A DNA stretch of 33,906 bases from Eubacteriales bacterium (GTDB lineage Bacteria; Bacillota; Clostridia; Oscillospirales; CAG-272). Position 1 is the first letter of the stretch. Each line of letters opens with the position of its first letter. Made by a program: the position numbers and the translations under genes. The stretch lies in the NCBI GenBank assembly GCA_045533315.1, contig JAZSHN010000097.1:1-33906 (forward strand). Direction: 5' to 3'. Below the pieces are notes generated by a model that saw only the letters and a list, made by a program, of their open reading frames with translations, did not search any database and was not told where the DNA came from. Positions 8,601-17,689 of this stretch are shown here, piece by piece.

Positions 8601-8733
8601 AGGCTACGGTCTGTGCCGCAACGGCAGTGCCGCCGTCGGCATCAAAGGTCACGGTAAAGCTCTTTTCCTTGCATCCTGTAACGGCAAGGAGAGTCAATGC
8701 GACCAGAAGTACAGCTATAAGTATCTTTTTCAT
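5653..8733 (-). CDS. Surface lipoprotein built from about 9 Listeria-Bacteroides (Flg_new) repeats interleaved with three 'EGxWTG' beta-rich modules
   Basis: The track ORF begins at a TTG (8748). The ATG at 8733 (MKKILIAVLLVALTLLAVTGC, lipobox VTGC) has GGAGGA 7 nt upstream. The repeating motif is 'TVTFDADNGT...APEKEGYTFAGWFLGDTAYNFET.VT.DITLKAKW'. Confidence 0.9.
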   Translation of the reverse strand: MKKILIAVLLVALTLLAVTGCKEKSFTVTFDADGGTAVAAQTVASGEKATKPTAPEKEGYTFAGWFLGETAYDFETAVTADVTLKAKWTLNDYTVTFDADNGTTPTEQGITHGFAVSAPAAPEKEGYTFAGWFLGDTAYNFETLVTSDITLKAKWTLNEYVVTFDADNGTESTEQTVSHGSLAVAPAAPEKEGYTFAGWLLGDAAYNFETPVTGAITLKASWTLNVYNVIFDAQNGTENETEAVSHGSVVVAPNEEPVNEGFVFVGWFVGDAEYDFDAPVTGTITITAKWVEAITVTFDADNGTESTAQTVGAGFTASAPLLAPEKTGFKFVGWYLDGAAYDFDTPVTEAITLVAEWELDLPDLTELAGIWTGEEQVMYTTTEYEFVIAANGVITATYNSGYTDVTMTVNYVLYEDGVLTVNYTAGATEGKDMVFTVSADKGILTTSEGAMSTELVLYRNYTVTFDWGDYKEPTDPKLVTVKHGDAAKEPSKSWSGHEIEGWYLDGVLFDLEAPITGDITLVAKWKVKTYTVTFYKEDGTVLKEVLVNHGETVPAEDVPATGMVITEGAIFNGLWYSSATSNIVNDVVNKAVESDKKCYPGIVYSMNDIEGTWTGTDSKGDWTIEIDAAQNTVTVTLGSEALTVNWFRYQTLSNALKLVVNYTSTSETKSLAFTYNTETGSMATGTSSSALVIQKAGNLTVTFDPDNGDATTTVSVGNGEAVDAPEAPEKVGFAFEGWYLGDNKYDFSSPVTADITLVAKWREVTTHTVTVNLNGGKLTGAASTYSVADGQALSALGTPTRSNYDFLGWYLGDNEYDFSSPVTADIILDAKWKGVDKLLKIYKQDGSIYKEVPVEYGKTFAQVISKELTGVESDTVSADALAALAAELMTVEGSYYSGDWFSSGNGSTYFDFTATVTANKNMYANFIAPVEPSLEGSWTCVYSGKTYVITLNLEKDASGNIIGATATVSVDGGAASDAEIIRTYIKDGQLPQFIIKAGGKTYTIKQAEVDGAIVWQYSNQTLTEVV
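7654..8658 (-). repeat. Five tandem 201-nt (67-aa) coding repeats, each one Flg_new module
   Basis: ORF-track residues 31-365 form five head-to-tail 67-aa units with high mutual identity. The period is also visible as paired out-of-frame 65-aa ORFs at 8046-8243 and 8247-8444 with near-identical sequences. Confidence 0.85.
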
Positions 8734-8819
8734 AGCATTTTCCTCCAAAAAGATTTGTATTTTTTATAAGCTTTCACTGAATAAAAAATCATTTCAATTA
8801 TCCAAAAAGGATATTATAT

Positions 8820-8848
8820 ATTGTATAACTACATTGCGAATTTGTCAA
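8820..8848 (-). promoter_or_regulatory. Sigma-A type promoter for the Flg_new lipoprotein gene
   Basis: Minus strand reads TTGACA-aattcgcaatgtagtta-TACAAT with a 17-nt spacer, in an AT-rich 220-nt gap ~87 nt upstream of the ATG at 8733. Confidence 0.6.
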
Positions 8849-8968
8849 GAGCTTTTCGTCAAAAAAATGAATTTTTATTCCTTTTTTATTATACTATTAA
8901 GAAAATCGGCAAATAAAGCACATTTTTAAGACTTTAAAAGCTTTTTACGCTTTTTTAATCCGACCGAG

Positions 8969-11900
8969 CTATGCAAGAAGCTGCTCCGCTTTATTCACAT
9001 AAAATGAATAAATATTCACAAGACACTGAAAGTCCTCGCCGTCCTGTGCGGGAAGGTCACCGTACATAGTCGTCACCTCGGAAAGGAGGCTTGCTACGGT
9101 TTCGAGGGTGATGCTGCTCTCGGATACCTCGTAGGTATATATCGCGGTTTCAAGGGCAAAGAGCTTCATCGCAAGCTCCGCCGCCCGTTCCGTAAACGTC
9201 TCCGAGATGAACAGCTCGAGCGCGGCTCCGTACATATTCACCCCGCCCTCCAGCGTGTAGAACAACGCCTTTTCGCTTGAGTCAAGCGACTTGAATGCCT
9301 CAAGCACGGCAAGAACGGTGTCCTTATCAAATACGGGCTGTCCGTCGGATTTGTTAATATATGCGCTTGCCATACCGTAATAAAGCGAAAGGAAATCATC
9401 CATTTTGCGGTCGTAATAAACGTCGTAGATGCTTACGCTGTCGGCTCCGAAGCCGAGAAGCGTTTCTATATAGACAGTCGTGCGGTAGAGGTTAAGCGTG
9501 TAATCGCAGGACCAAAGGATTTTTTCCGTTCCGTCGGAATATGCCTCGAAAAGCGGCTCGTGGTAATACGCATATATTACCTCCGCGGGAGCATCGCCGT
9601 TGAGTATGCTGTCCCTGATGTCCGCAGCTCTTTCGTAGGATGCGAGGAAATAATTATAATTCGCAAGCTCGCCCGACTGCAAAAGGTGGGCTGCAGTGTG
9701 CAAATCCTTTAAAGCGAGAAGCAGAGCGTTGAAGCATTCCGCCCCGTTGCCAAGCTCGGTGCCGATTTCAAGATTGTCGCGTATTTTCGAATATTTGTCG
9801 TACGCGGTAAGCAAATAGGCTTCAAAAAATTCCTCGGCTTCGGTGCCAAGCTGCTTTTTTGCAGAGGTAACCGCATCCATTCGTGCGATAAAATCGTTTT
9901 CCCATTCGCCGTAATCGAATCGGTTGGCATAAACCTCCATTGCAAGAACGAGGTTGTCGTAAATATCCGAAGCCTCGCCAAGCCCGTTACGCATAAAGCC
10001 GCCGAGGGTGACGGTAAAGAAATCAGCATAGACGGCATACTTATCCTCCTTGTCAAAGACAAGCTCGGGTGCGCCGTGTCGGTACAGCATATTGAGGGTT
10101 GCCAAAAGATTATACTGCTCCACGGGGGCAAGATTTACAAATCGGTTAAACAACGCCCCGAGAGCTGCGGCATATTCCGCAGAGCCCTCAAAGCCCTCCG
10201 TATCTATACAGCTTCCGATAAACGCGACGTAGTCTTTTATAAAGGCATCGTAAACGGCATCCTCCGAAAGTCCAAATGTAACGCTTAACACCGCAGCTCT
10301 TATCTGCTCGAGCAGGTCGTCAAAGCTTACGCTGACCGAGGAGTCAATTCCAAAAAGAAGATTTGCCGAAGCGTTAAGGTAGAAATATTTTTCCGCCTCG
10401 CTTTCTCCGCACTTTACCGACTCCGCGGCATCCCGTGCCGCATAATAATTATAAAGGAGCTTTGTCGTATCGAGATATTTGAGTCCGTTAAGGTCGTCAA
10501 TCGCCAACAGCGCGGTGAGGGTGTGCGCGTAGAAGTCGCGAACCTTGGTGGGCAATCCGTAAATCATAAGCGATTTCATTGCATCCTTTTCATCCGCCTC
10601 GTAAAGATACGTGTAAAGCATATCGAAAAGGTCGTCGCCCTCGCGCCACTCGGATACAAGATAATATATATCGGGATATTCAAGCACATAGCCCTCGCTG
10701 AATATTGTAAGGACTGCCTGCCTTAACGCGTCGTGATGCTCGGTTATTCCAACGGTTTTCCAATCGTCGGGTATTTCACTTACAAGGTCGTAAAGCTTTA
10801 ACGTATGACGGAGCAGCGACTCCATCGAGGCAAGCTCGTAGCTATCCATAACGGGATAGGTATTAAAGTATATCCGTGTGGTTTCGTTTTCGTAAATAAC
10901 CCTGTCACCGTACATATCTATAAGCTCAAGAAGCAGGGGCGCGAGGGTATATATGGGACTGTCCTTATCCTCAAACAGCAGGAGCGAGTCGGAAACCCCC
11001 TCATAGCTTTCAAGATAGAGGACGCGCTCTCCGTATTCGATGGCAAACACACCCCTAAACTGTCGGATATTATCGCCCCAAAGCTCAAAGCCGTATACCA
11101 TCGCGGCGCGAGCAACGTTAAATACGGTTTGCTCGTCAAGCAAAATTTTCTCGGATGCGGGCATATCCATATATGCGTTCATAAGACGGATTGCAAGCTC
11201 GCCGTCGCTCTCGCCGATTTGCGGCTCTGTATCCGAATTCCAATTTATGAGATTGAACGGCTCGCTGTTTTCCCTGAACAGGGATACGCTCGTATAGGTA
11301 AGCTGTACCTCGTACTCGTACCTCGCTCCGTTAAAGCTAACGGTGAGAATTTGAGTGTCCGAGGGATTTTCCTCATTAACAATTGAAAGGTCAAGACCCG
11401 AAATCATATCCGACGTAATGGGAATTTCCCTTCTGATTTGACCGCCGTTGCCTTTTATTACAAATCTTCCGCCCGAGGCATCTGCCTTTCCCTCGTAATG
11501 GCTTCCGTAGGTGATTTTATTCGGTCTGTAAAAGTCAACCGCTTCAACCGCGTAGATTTTGACGGTCAAATCTCCCTCAAGCCTTTCGCCGTTTCTCGTA
11601 TACGCAACCTTAAGCTGCAGCGAGTCGTTTGCCGCCGAGGAGTCAAAGCCGTCAACGGTAACGTTATTCGCGGAAAGCTGTACGGTTTTGGTGCTTCCGT
11701 CGTATTCGGTTATTTTCAGAACTCCGCGGCTTTTGTCAAAGGAATCGCCGACAAGATAATCGGTAACCGCACCGTTTACCGCAAGGCGGGGGTTTACTGT
11801 AACCGTAACCTCGGTATACGCGCCGCCGTATTCTATTCTGACGGTCTGTTTTCCGATTTTATTGCCGTCGTATCCCGAAACGGTAACGTCCTTTGAATTG

Positions 11901-12106
11901 AGAGGGACCTCGACAACCTTTTTCCCTGTGTTGACCGTAAGGACGGAATCCGAGAGGTTGAGCTCCTGTCCCTTTACGTAAACCGTTTGAAAGCCTCCGT
12001 CCGTGTCAAGGGAGACCGACTCTGCCTTTACGGAGCATGACGCGGCGAAAATCAAAAGCGAAAGTGCCGCCGCAATTAACAACAAAAATTTAATGCTTTT
12101 TTTCAT
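8969..12106 (-). CDS. Lipoprotein with three N-terminal bacterial Ig-like domains and a ~780-aa Tyr/Leu-rich all-helical region of unknown family
   Basis: 1045 aa. Signal and lipobox are MKKSIKFLLLIAAALSLLIFAASC. The Big_3-like motif is 'VTVSGYDGNKIGKQTVRIEYGGAYTEVTVTV'. I recognise nothing in the remainder. It starts 33 nt after the upstream LRR gene stop. Confidence 0.85.
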   Translation of the reverse strand: MKKSIKFLLLIAAALSLLIFAASCSVKAESVSLDTDGGFQTVYVKGQELNLSDSVLTVNTGKKVVEVPLNSKDVTVSGYDGNKIGKQTVRIEYGGAYTEVTVTVNPRLAVNGAVTDYLVGDSFDKSRGVLKITEYDGSTKTVQLSANNVTVDGFDSSAANDSLQLKVAYTRNGERLEGDLTVKIYAVEAVDFYRPNKITYGSHYEGKADASGGRFVIKGNGGQIRREIPITSDMISGLDLSIVNEENPSDTQILTVSFNGARYEYEVQLTYTSVSLFRENSEPFNLINWNSDTEPQIGESDGELAIRLMNAYMDMPASEKILLDEQTVFNVARAAMVYGFELWGDNIRQFRGVFAIEYGERVLYLESYEGVSDSLLLFEDKDSPIYTLAPLLLELIDMYGDRVIYENETTRIYFNTYPVMDSYELASMESLLRHTLKLYDLVSEIPDDWKTVGITEHHDALRQAVLTIFSEGYVLEYPDIYYLVSEWREGDDLFDMLYTYLYEADEKDAMKSLMIYGLPTKVRDFYAHTLTALLAIDDLNGLKYLDTTKLLYNYYAARDAAESVKCGESEAEKYFYLNASANLLFGIDSSVSVSFDDLLEQIRAAVLSVTFGLSEDAVYDAFIKDYVAFIGSCIDTEGFEGSAEYAAALGALFNRFVNLAPVEQYNLLATLNMLYRHGAPELVFDKEDKYAVYADFFTVTLGGFMRNGLGEASDIYDNLVLAMEVYANRFDYGEWENDFIARMDAVTSAKKQLGTEAEEFFEAYLLTAYDKYSKIRDNLEIGTELGNGAECFNALLLALKDLHTAAHLLQSGELANYNYFLASYERAADIRDSILNGDAPAEVIYAYYHEPLFEAYSDGTEKILWSCDYTLNLYRTTVYIETLLGFGADSVSIYDVYYDRKMDDFLSLYYGMASAYINKSDGQPVFDKDTVLAVLEAFKSLDSSEKALFYTLEGGVNMYGAALELFISETFTERAAELAMKLFALETAIYTYEVSESSITLETVASLLSEVTTMYGDLPAQDGEDFQCLVNIYSFYVNKAEQLLA

Positions 12107-12139
12107 AACAAGCCTTTTCCTTGTAGCTTTTACTCATAA

Positions 12140-14896
12140 TTAAGATGCCGATTCGTCGGCAAAAATGAACACGGGGTACACCCTTTTGCCGTTTTCAAGT
12201 CCGAAAACAGCGTCAAGCGGATATTCCGCAGAATCCGCATCGGGGCTTTCGCTCCAGCCGATAAATACGTATCCGTCCATTTTCGGGGCGGAAAGCTCGG
12301 TGTCCGAGAAGCCGTTTTCAACCGCAGTCCTGCCACCCGTAAGCGAAACCAGCTTTCCGTCGGGCGAGATTTCACAGCCGACCACAACAGGCACAAAGGT
12401 TGAATTCCAGTTAAGACTCCATCCGCTGTTATTCCCGCCCGCAGCCGTGTAAAGGGTCAAGGAATCGCAGGAATAGAATGCGTGAGAGCCAATGCTCTCC
12501 ACCCCGTCTCCAAGCACGAGCGAGGTCAGGGACATACAATTGCGGAATGCCTGCTCCCCTATTGAAACAACAGAATTTCCAAGCTCTATATCGCTTAAAA
12601 GCAGGTTGCCGTAAAATGCACCGTTTCCGATAATCACAGGTCCGCTGCCGAGCCGTACGCTTTTGAGCGATTCACACCTGTAAAAGGCGTAGTCGCCGAT
12701 TTCGCGAAGCGAGTCGGGAAGGCTTACCGAAAGGAGGGAGGAGCATTTATAGAACGACTTTTCACCCACGGACACAAGGCCAAAGCCGACGGTAAGCTCG
12801 GTGAGAGATTTGCAGTCGTAAAAGGCACGCTCGCCTATCGTCTTTACCCCTCCGATTGTGACCTCCCTTAACGAGGAGAAGCCGCGGAAGGCACATTTTC
12901 CGATATATTCAAGCCTATCACCCATAATTATGATATCTATTCCGCAGGTGGCGGTTTCGCCGTCCACGGCATCGGCGCGGCGGTATCCGCAGCCAAAGAA
13001 GGCATAGTCACCGATGTATGTAACTCCCGACGGGATTTCAAGCCTGTCACTGTCGGTGTCGTCGACGTTATCCGTCACGCCGCACTTGTAAAACGCGGAT
13101 TTTCCGATTTCGCGAAGCATCGGCGGAAGGCTTGTCAGCCTTAACGACGAGCAATTATAAAACGTATAGTCCTCTATTTTGGTAAGAGTGTCGGGAAAAT
13201 CAACTCTTTCAAGGCCGGCGCAATTGTAAAACGCACCCTTTCCGATTACCTTAACGCTTCCGTCTATTTTGATGCTTTTAAGCTCAGTACAGCCGTAGAA
13301 GGCATAACGGGCAATTCCGACCGTCCCCCTCTCCACCGTAAGCTCCTCTGTAATCGTTTTATTGAAATCCACTATCCAATTTCCCGCGTATACCGCGCCA
13401 CTCAACGCCCCGTTGTATATTTCGGTGTTTCGAAAAGCATAAGCGCCGATGTCGGTAACGGTGTCGGGAATTTCTATTCTCGCAAGCTTTGTACAATTCA
13501 TAAAGGCATAGCTTCCTATGCTTAAAAGCGAGCTTTCGTCAATGCATTGGTCGGTAAAATTGTAGGAGCCGAGTGCAACGTCTATCAGCCTTTCGCAATA
13601 GAGAAACGCCTGATTCGCTATTTGCTTAACTCCGCTTCCCATAACAATGCTGATAATATTGCTTACGGCAAAGGCACTGTCACCTATATATTCCACGCTG
13701 TTCGGAAGGACCACGGCTCCGACGTTTTTATTGCCGTAAAGCGCGCTGTCGGCTATGCCAACCGTGCCCTCACGTATATTTACGGCGGTGACGCTTACAT
13801 CCTTTAGCCCAACAAACCAATTGCCGATATATATTTCGTTGGCGACGGAGGAGTCGTACACCGCGGTATCGAGAAACGCCGACGAGCCAAGCTTGGCAAG
13901 ACCGCTGCCAAGCGTTACCTCCGATAGCGCGGAGCAATGATAGAATGCGCCCCTTCCGACCGAGCAAACGCTGTCGGGTATTGTCACGGAGGTGAGCGAG
14001 ATTACCTTTGAAAAGGCAAATTCCCCGATTTCGGCAAGCCCGTCGGGAAGGAGAACAGACTCCAAATCCGCGCACGCGGCAAAGGCGAAGCCTCCGATTT
14101 TCTTTAACGAGTGCGGCAAGGTGACGTATTTTATATCCGAGCAATCGGTAAAGGCGTTTTCGCCGATTTCGGTAATCCCCTCGCCAAGAGTAACGCCCGT
14201 AAGAGCCGAGCAGTAGGCAAATGCACCCTTTGGAATTTCGGTAATTCCGTTTGGCAATGACAGCTCTCCGCCAAGCATACGGCATCCCGAAAACGAGCTT
14301 TCGCCGAGGGAGATAAGCCCGTCGGGCAGATTTATTTTTTCAAGATAGGAGCATCCCGAAAACGCGAACGCACCTATACGCTTTATGCTTTCGGGGAGCT
14401 TTACCTCCGTGATGCCTCCCGCGTTAAAGAACGCCCCTTCGCCGATGGCTACCACCGACCTTTGTCGGTAGGTGGCGGGTATTACGACCACACCCGACGC
14501 ATCGGTTATTCCCGATACCTCGTACCCGTCGCCGACAAGCTTAAAAACGAGTCCGTTTTCCGCATCGCGAATGAAGTCAACCGTCTTTGAATAATCGGAG
14601 GCGTCGGATTTTCTTTTTCCCACCGCCTTGACGGAAAGCTTATATTCCCCCGCGGCAAGCGAATTGAGAGGATAATTGTTTTTACTTACGTCCACCTCGA
14701 CGGGGTCGCCCCCCTCCCTCTCAATGCGGACGGTATATATTCTTGCGCCGTCAACCTCTCCCCACCGCAGCGTCAGCGTTTCGTATTCCACCGCAACGCC
14801 GCGCGGAGCGTCGGGCTCCCCCGACGGGGAGCAGGCGGCAAGAGCCGACAGGGAGATAATTGTAAAGCAAAGTGCAAATAAACGAATCAGCTTCAT
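12140..14896 (-). CDS. Lipoprotein with an Fn3-like domain, ~700 aa of BspA-type leucine-rich repeats (LRR_5) and a C-terminal Flg_new module
   Basis: 918 aa. Signal and lipobox are MKLIRLFALCFTIISLSALAAC. The Fn3-like segment is 'LTLRWGEVDGARIYTVRIE'. It has about 25 repeats of 'LP.S(V/L)..IG..AF..C..L..V.L', and the C-terminal motif is 'DGYVFIGWSESPD'. GGAGA RBS. Confidence 0.9.
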   Translation of the reverse strand: MKLIRLFALCFTIISLSALAACSPSGEPDAPRGVAVEYETLTLRWGEVDGARIYTVRIEREGGDPVEVDVSKNNYPLNSLAAGEYKLSVKAVGKRKSDASDYSKTVDFIRDAENGLVFKLVGDGYEVSGITDASGVVVIPATYRQRSVVAIGEGAFFNAGGITEVKLPESIKRIGAFAFSGCSYLEKINLPDGLISLGESSFSGCRMLGGELSLPNGITEIPKGAFAYCSALTGVTLGEGITEIGENAFTDCSDIKYVTLPHSLKKIGGFAFAACADLESVLLPDGLAEIGEFAFSKVISLTSVTIPDSVCSVGRGAFYHCSALSEVTLGSGLAKLGSSAFLDTAVYDSSVANEIYIGNWFVGLKDVSVTAVNIREGTVGIADSALYGNKNVGAVVLPNSVEYIGDSAFAVSNIISIVMGSGVKQIANQAFLYCERLIDVALGSYNFTDQCIDESSLLSIGSYAFMNCTKLARIEIPDTVTDIGAYAFRNTEIYNGALSGAVYAGNWIVDFNKTITEELTVERGTVGIARYAFYGCTELKSIKIDGSVKVIGKGAFYNCAGLERVDFPDTLTKIEDYTFYNCSSLRLTSLPPMLREIGKSAFYKCGVTDNVDDTDSDRLEIPSGVTYIGDYAFFGCGYRRADAVDGETATCGIDIIIMGDRLEYIGKCAFRGFSSLREVTIGGVKTIGERAFYDCKSLTELTVGFGLVSVGEKSFYKCSSLLSVSLPDSLREIGDYAFYRCESLKSVRLGSGPVIIGNGAFYGNLLLSDIELGNSVVSIGEQAFRNCMSLTSLVLGDGVESIGSHAFYSCDSLTLYTAAGGNNSGWSLNWNSTFVPVVVGCEISPDGKLVSLTGGRTAVENGFSDTELSAPKMDGYVFIGWSESPDADSAEYPLDAVFGLENGKRVYPVFIFADESAS

Positions 14897-14962
14897 TTGC
14901 TTCTCCTTTTTGTTTTGTTAGAGCAGACGAGCCGCAGGCACAGAGTTGTAACCGTTGGCGCG

Positions 14963-17677
14963 CTATCTCCTTTCCTTCCTTCCTTCAGCGATAAGCTCGT
15001 GAAGCCATTTGAATTTGAATTTACGCACCGCAATATCAAGAAGGAAAAGGACTATCGCAACGATAATCAATATGGGTGCGGGGTTATATTCCACGGTCAG
15101 GCTGTCGTCAAGCGATGTGAATACCGCGGCGGGGTCGTCGATAACCGATCCACCGCCCAAAAGCGCAAGCTCCGACATAAGCCTCTCTCCGTCAGCCTCC
15201 TCCGTTTTAAAGGTGTTGTATTCCTCCGAATACGAAAAGGCTTTATAGATGGGGATTTCGGTCACGACACCGTCGTCCGCGTTTACGGAGATAACCGTTA
15301 TCTCGTAAAGCCCCGCCTCCGAAAGCGTAAAGGTAAACCTGCGCCCCTTTTCGGCGGAATGAACCTCTATCTCACCATATAAATGCTGCAGCTCCGAGCT
15401 TACGGGATTTACCGTTACCGAGATTTCCGCACCCGCGGGTGCGCCGTGAATGTTAACCCAATTGAGGTAATTATCCGATTTCAGCTCGTATTTTATATCG
15501 TCGGCACGGACGTCGTTTGAAGGGAAAATGCTCTCCACAATGTTCATTACAATCGCTCGTCCCGCGACGCTGCCTACAAAATTCGCCGACCACTCTCCGT
15601 TAAGGTCGGACATAAAGCTTCCAACCGTGCCGTTTCCGTATTTATGCACCGCGTAAATCGGCACGTATTCGCCCATAAGGGGAACGGTGGCACCCTTTTT
15701 CGCAACCGTACCGTAATATCCGCTTAAGGTAGGAATGGCGTTGCTGTCTATTCCCGATAAAATCGGGCTTTTATCCTTAACCGTCAGTGCGAATTCCTTT
15801 CCGTACTGAATTTCGGGAATTGCCTCCTCGGTAAGGTCCTTGTACATAGTTCCCGAAAGAGAGCCCGCATCGCTGACGCCGTAGTATTTACCTCCGCCCG
15901 CGCTTGCCGCCTTTTGCATCTCCGCCTCATCTCTCGGGTCGTCTATGCCGACGGTCATAACCGACATTGTAATTCCCCTTTCCACGTTATCCTCTATATA
16001 ACGCTGATAATCGTCGTAGGAATCGTTCGGCTTTCCGTCGGTTATGAGAATAAGATGCTTTTTCTCTACGTTGTTAATAAGCGCGAGGGCGTTACCCGCC
16101 TTCATAATCGCATCCGAAAACATAGTGCCGCCGCCCGCGTTGTCCTCCAGCTTTTTAATGGTCTCCGAGATAGTTTCCCGCTGCGATACGGGAAGAACGC
16201 TGAGCCTTTCGCTTGATGCCGTGCTGAAGGATACGATTCCGCAGTAATCCCTGTCGTGCAGGGCATCAAGACAGGAGCTCGCCCCCTCTATCGCGGCAGT
16301 AAGCTTTCCGGTGCTTTTCATAGAAAGCGAGGTATCTATAACAAGCATTACGGCAATCGGAGGGGTGTAATCCTCCGCATTAACGGGAAGCATATGCTTG
16401 AAGTAAACCGAGCCTTCTATATCGGCTCTGTTATATGCGTGCGGGACAAGCTCTCCGTCGGTGCCGTAATCGTTTCTTCCGCCCACGGTGAAAAGCCCGC
16501 CGCCAAGACTGTATACGTATTCGTTGAGCATAGCCTCGAAGCCAGAGGGCATATCCGAGTATGCGATATTCACGAGTATAATCTGCTCATATTCCGCCAT
16601 ATCGGTTATGCTTTTCGGAAAATCCGCAAGGTTTTCCTCCACGCTTATATCGGTTACGCTCTTGGTTTCGGAGAGGATTTCCTTTAATAATGCGGACTCC
16701 CCTTCGTATTTTTCAATGATGAGAATGTTTTCAAGCTCCTCGAGATTAACGTAGGTTTTGTAAACGTTGTTTTGCTTTACCGTATCCCGAAGCGGCTCGC
16801 CAAACAGGTCGTAATCGGTGACAAGCTCAAAGCTTAATTCGTGCATTCCTCGCTCCGAAAAGGTCAAGGATACCGAAGCCTCGTTACTGCCGTTTTTTAT
16901 GCCTACTGCAGTCTCGCCAAAGAGGCTTCCGTTATCGTATACCCTGATTAGCGCTGCCTCCTCGCTCTCGGTGGAGCTGCTGCTTATAACAAGATTCACC
17001 TCAAAGGCTTCGCCGAGGACGATGTCCTTGCTGCCTATTTCCGCGCTTACTATTTGTATATCCGCGCACTCCTCCCCGACAAAGACGGCGGTATCCACCG
17101 TAATCCCCTCGGATACAAGGTCGTAGATGGACAAAAGCGCATCCCCGTCGGTTTCAAGACCGTCGGAGGCAACCAGGATTTTGGCGCTTTCCTTGTTTGT
17201 AAACAGGCTTGCGGTATATTTCAGTGCATCCGCAAGCGAGGTTGCCGACCCATCGGGATTTTCGGAGGTCAGATATTTCTCCATAATTCCGTCGCGATTT
17301 TTCGTCAGCTCCACGGCATAGGTGTGCCCGTTGCCGAATTTGACTATTCCGATTTTACAGCCCTCCGAGCTTACGTTTATTACAGAGCGTATAAGCTCCT
17401 CCTTTTCTGCAAGCTCGTCCGCGGAGCTGTCGGATACGTCGACGAGGATTATAAGCTCGTTATCCTCGTTCGGCACATCATAGCTGAAGCCGAGCCCCGA
17501 CAGAAGATTTATAGCCAACACCATCGCGGTGATATGAAGCGTCATAGAGATTATTTTGTTCCGCGTAAAGCGATAATTTTTGCTTAAACGAAAATACGGA
17601 ACAAGTGTCAAAAGCACCGCAGGAATGATAAGCAAAAGCAGCCAGGGGTACTTATAGGTTATTTGAAAATCCGACAT
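14963..17677 (-). CDS. Membrane protein with a BatA_N-type double-TM N-terminus, two VWA domains flanking a GATase1-like domain, and a C-terminal TM
   Basis: 904 aa. The N-terminus is 'YKYPWLLLLIIPAVLLTLVPYFR'. MIDAS 1 is D-V-S-D-S at nt 17426-17440 and MIDAS 2 is D-T-S-L-S at nt 16322-16336, followed by 'GGGTMFSDAI...LITDGKPND'. The middle segment 'YEQIILVNIAYSDMP...LGGGLFTVGG' is GATase1-like. The C-terminal helix is 'PILIIVAIVLFLLDIAV'. Confidence 0.85.
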   Translation of the reverse strand: MSDFQITYKYPWLLLLIIPAVLLTLVPYFRLSKNYRFTRNKIISMTLHITAMVLAINLLSGLGFSYDVPNEDNELIILVDVSDSSADELAEKEELIRSVINVSSEGCKIGIVKFGNGHTYAVELTKNRDGIMEKYLTSENPDGSATSLADALKYTASLFTNKESAKILVASDGLETDGDALLSIYDLVSEGITVDTAVFVGEECADIQIVSAEIGSKDIVLGEAFEVNLVISSSSTESEEAALIRVYDNGSLFGETAVGIKNGSNEASVSLTFSERGMHELSFELVTDYDLFGEPLRDTVKQNNVYKTYVNLEELENILIIEKYEGESALLKEILSETKSVTDISVEENLADFPKSITDMAEYEQIILVNIAYSDMPSGFEAMLNEYVYSLGGGLFTVGGRNDYGTDGELVPHAYNRADIEGSVYFKHMLPVNAEDYTPPIAVMLVIDTSLSMKSTGKLTAAIEGASSCLDALHDRDYCGIVSFSTASSERLSVLPVSQRETISETIKKLEDNAGGGTMFSDAIMKAGNALALINNVEKKHLILITDGKPNDSYDDYQRYIEDNVERGITMSVMTVGIDDPRDEAEMQKAASAGGGKYYGVSDAGSLSGTMYKDLTEEAIPEIQYGKEFALTVKDKSPILSGIDSNAIPTLSGYYGTVAKKGATVPLMGEYVPIYAVHKYGNGTVGSFMSDLNGEWSANFVGSVAGRAIVMNIVESIFPSNDVRADDIKYELKSDNYLNWVNIHGAPAGAEISVTVNPVSSELQHLYGEIEVHSAEKGRRFTFTLSEAGLYEITVISVNADDGVVTEIPIYKAFSYSEEYNTFKTEEADGERLMSELALLGGGSVIDDPAAVFTSLDDSLTVEYNPAPILIIVAIVLFLLDIAVRKFKFKWLHELIAEGRKERR

Positions 17678-17689
17678 ACTCTACCCCTT

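Noticed and set aside
7285-8769. 494-aa plus-strand ORF, with nested 276-aa and 164-aa ORFs, antisense to the Flg_new lipoprotein gene
   Set aside because: It lies entirely antisense to a gene that has a signal peptide, lipobox, strong RBS and clear domain repeats. The product is low-complexity and rich in G, V, R, K and N, with no RBS and no motif. It is the kind of stop-free antisense frame produced by the repetitive, biased codon usage of the real gene.
13770-14285. 171-aa Arg-rich ORF and many other 60-170-aa ORFs nested inside the LRR, VWA and giant genes on either strand
   Set aside because: All are out-of-frame or antisense overlaps of long, domain-supported ORFs, with skewed Arg/Ser/Pro/Leu composition and no translation signals.
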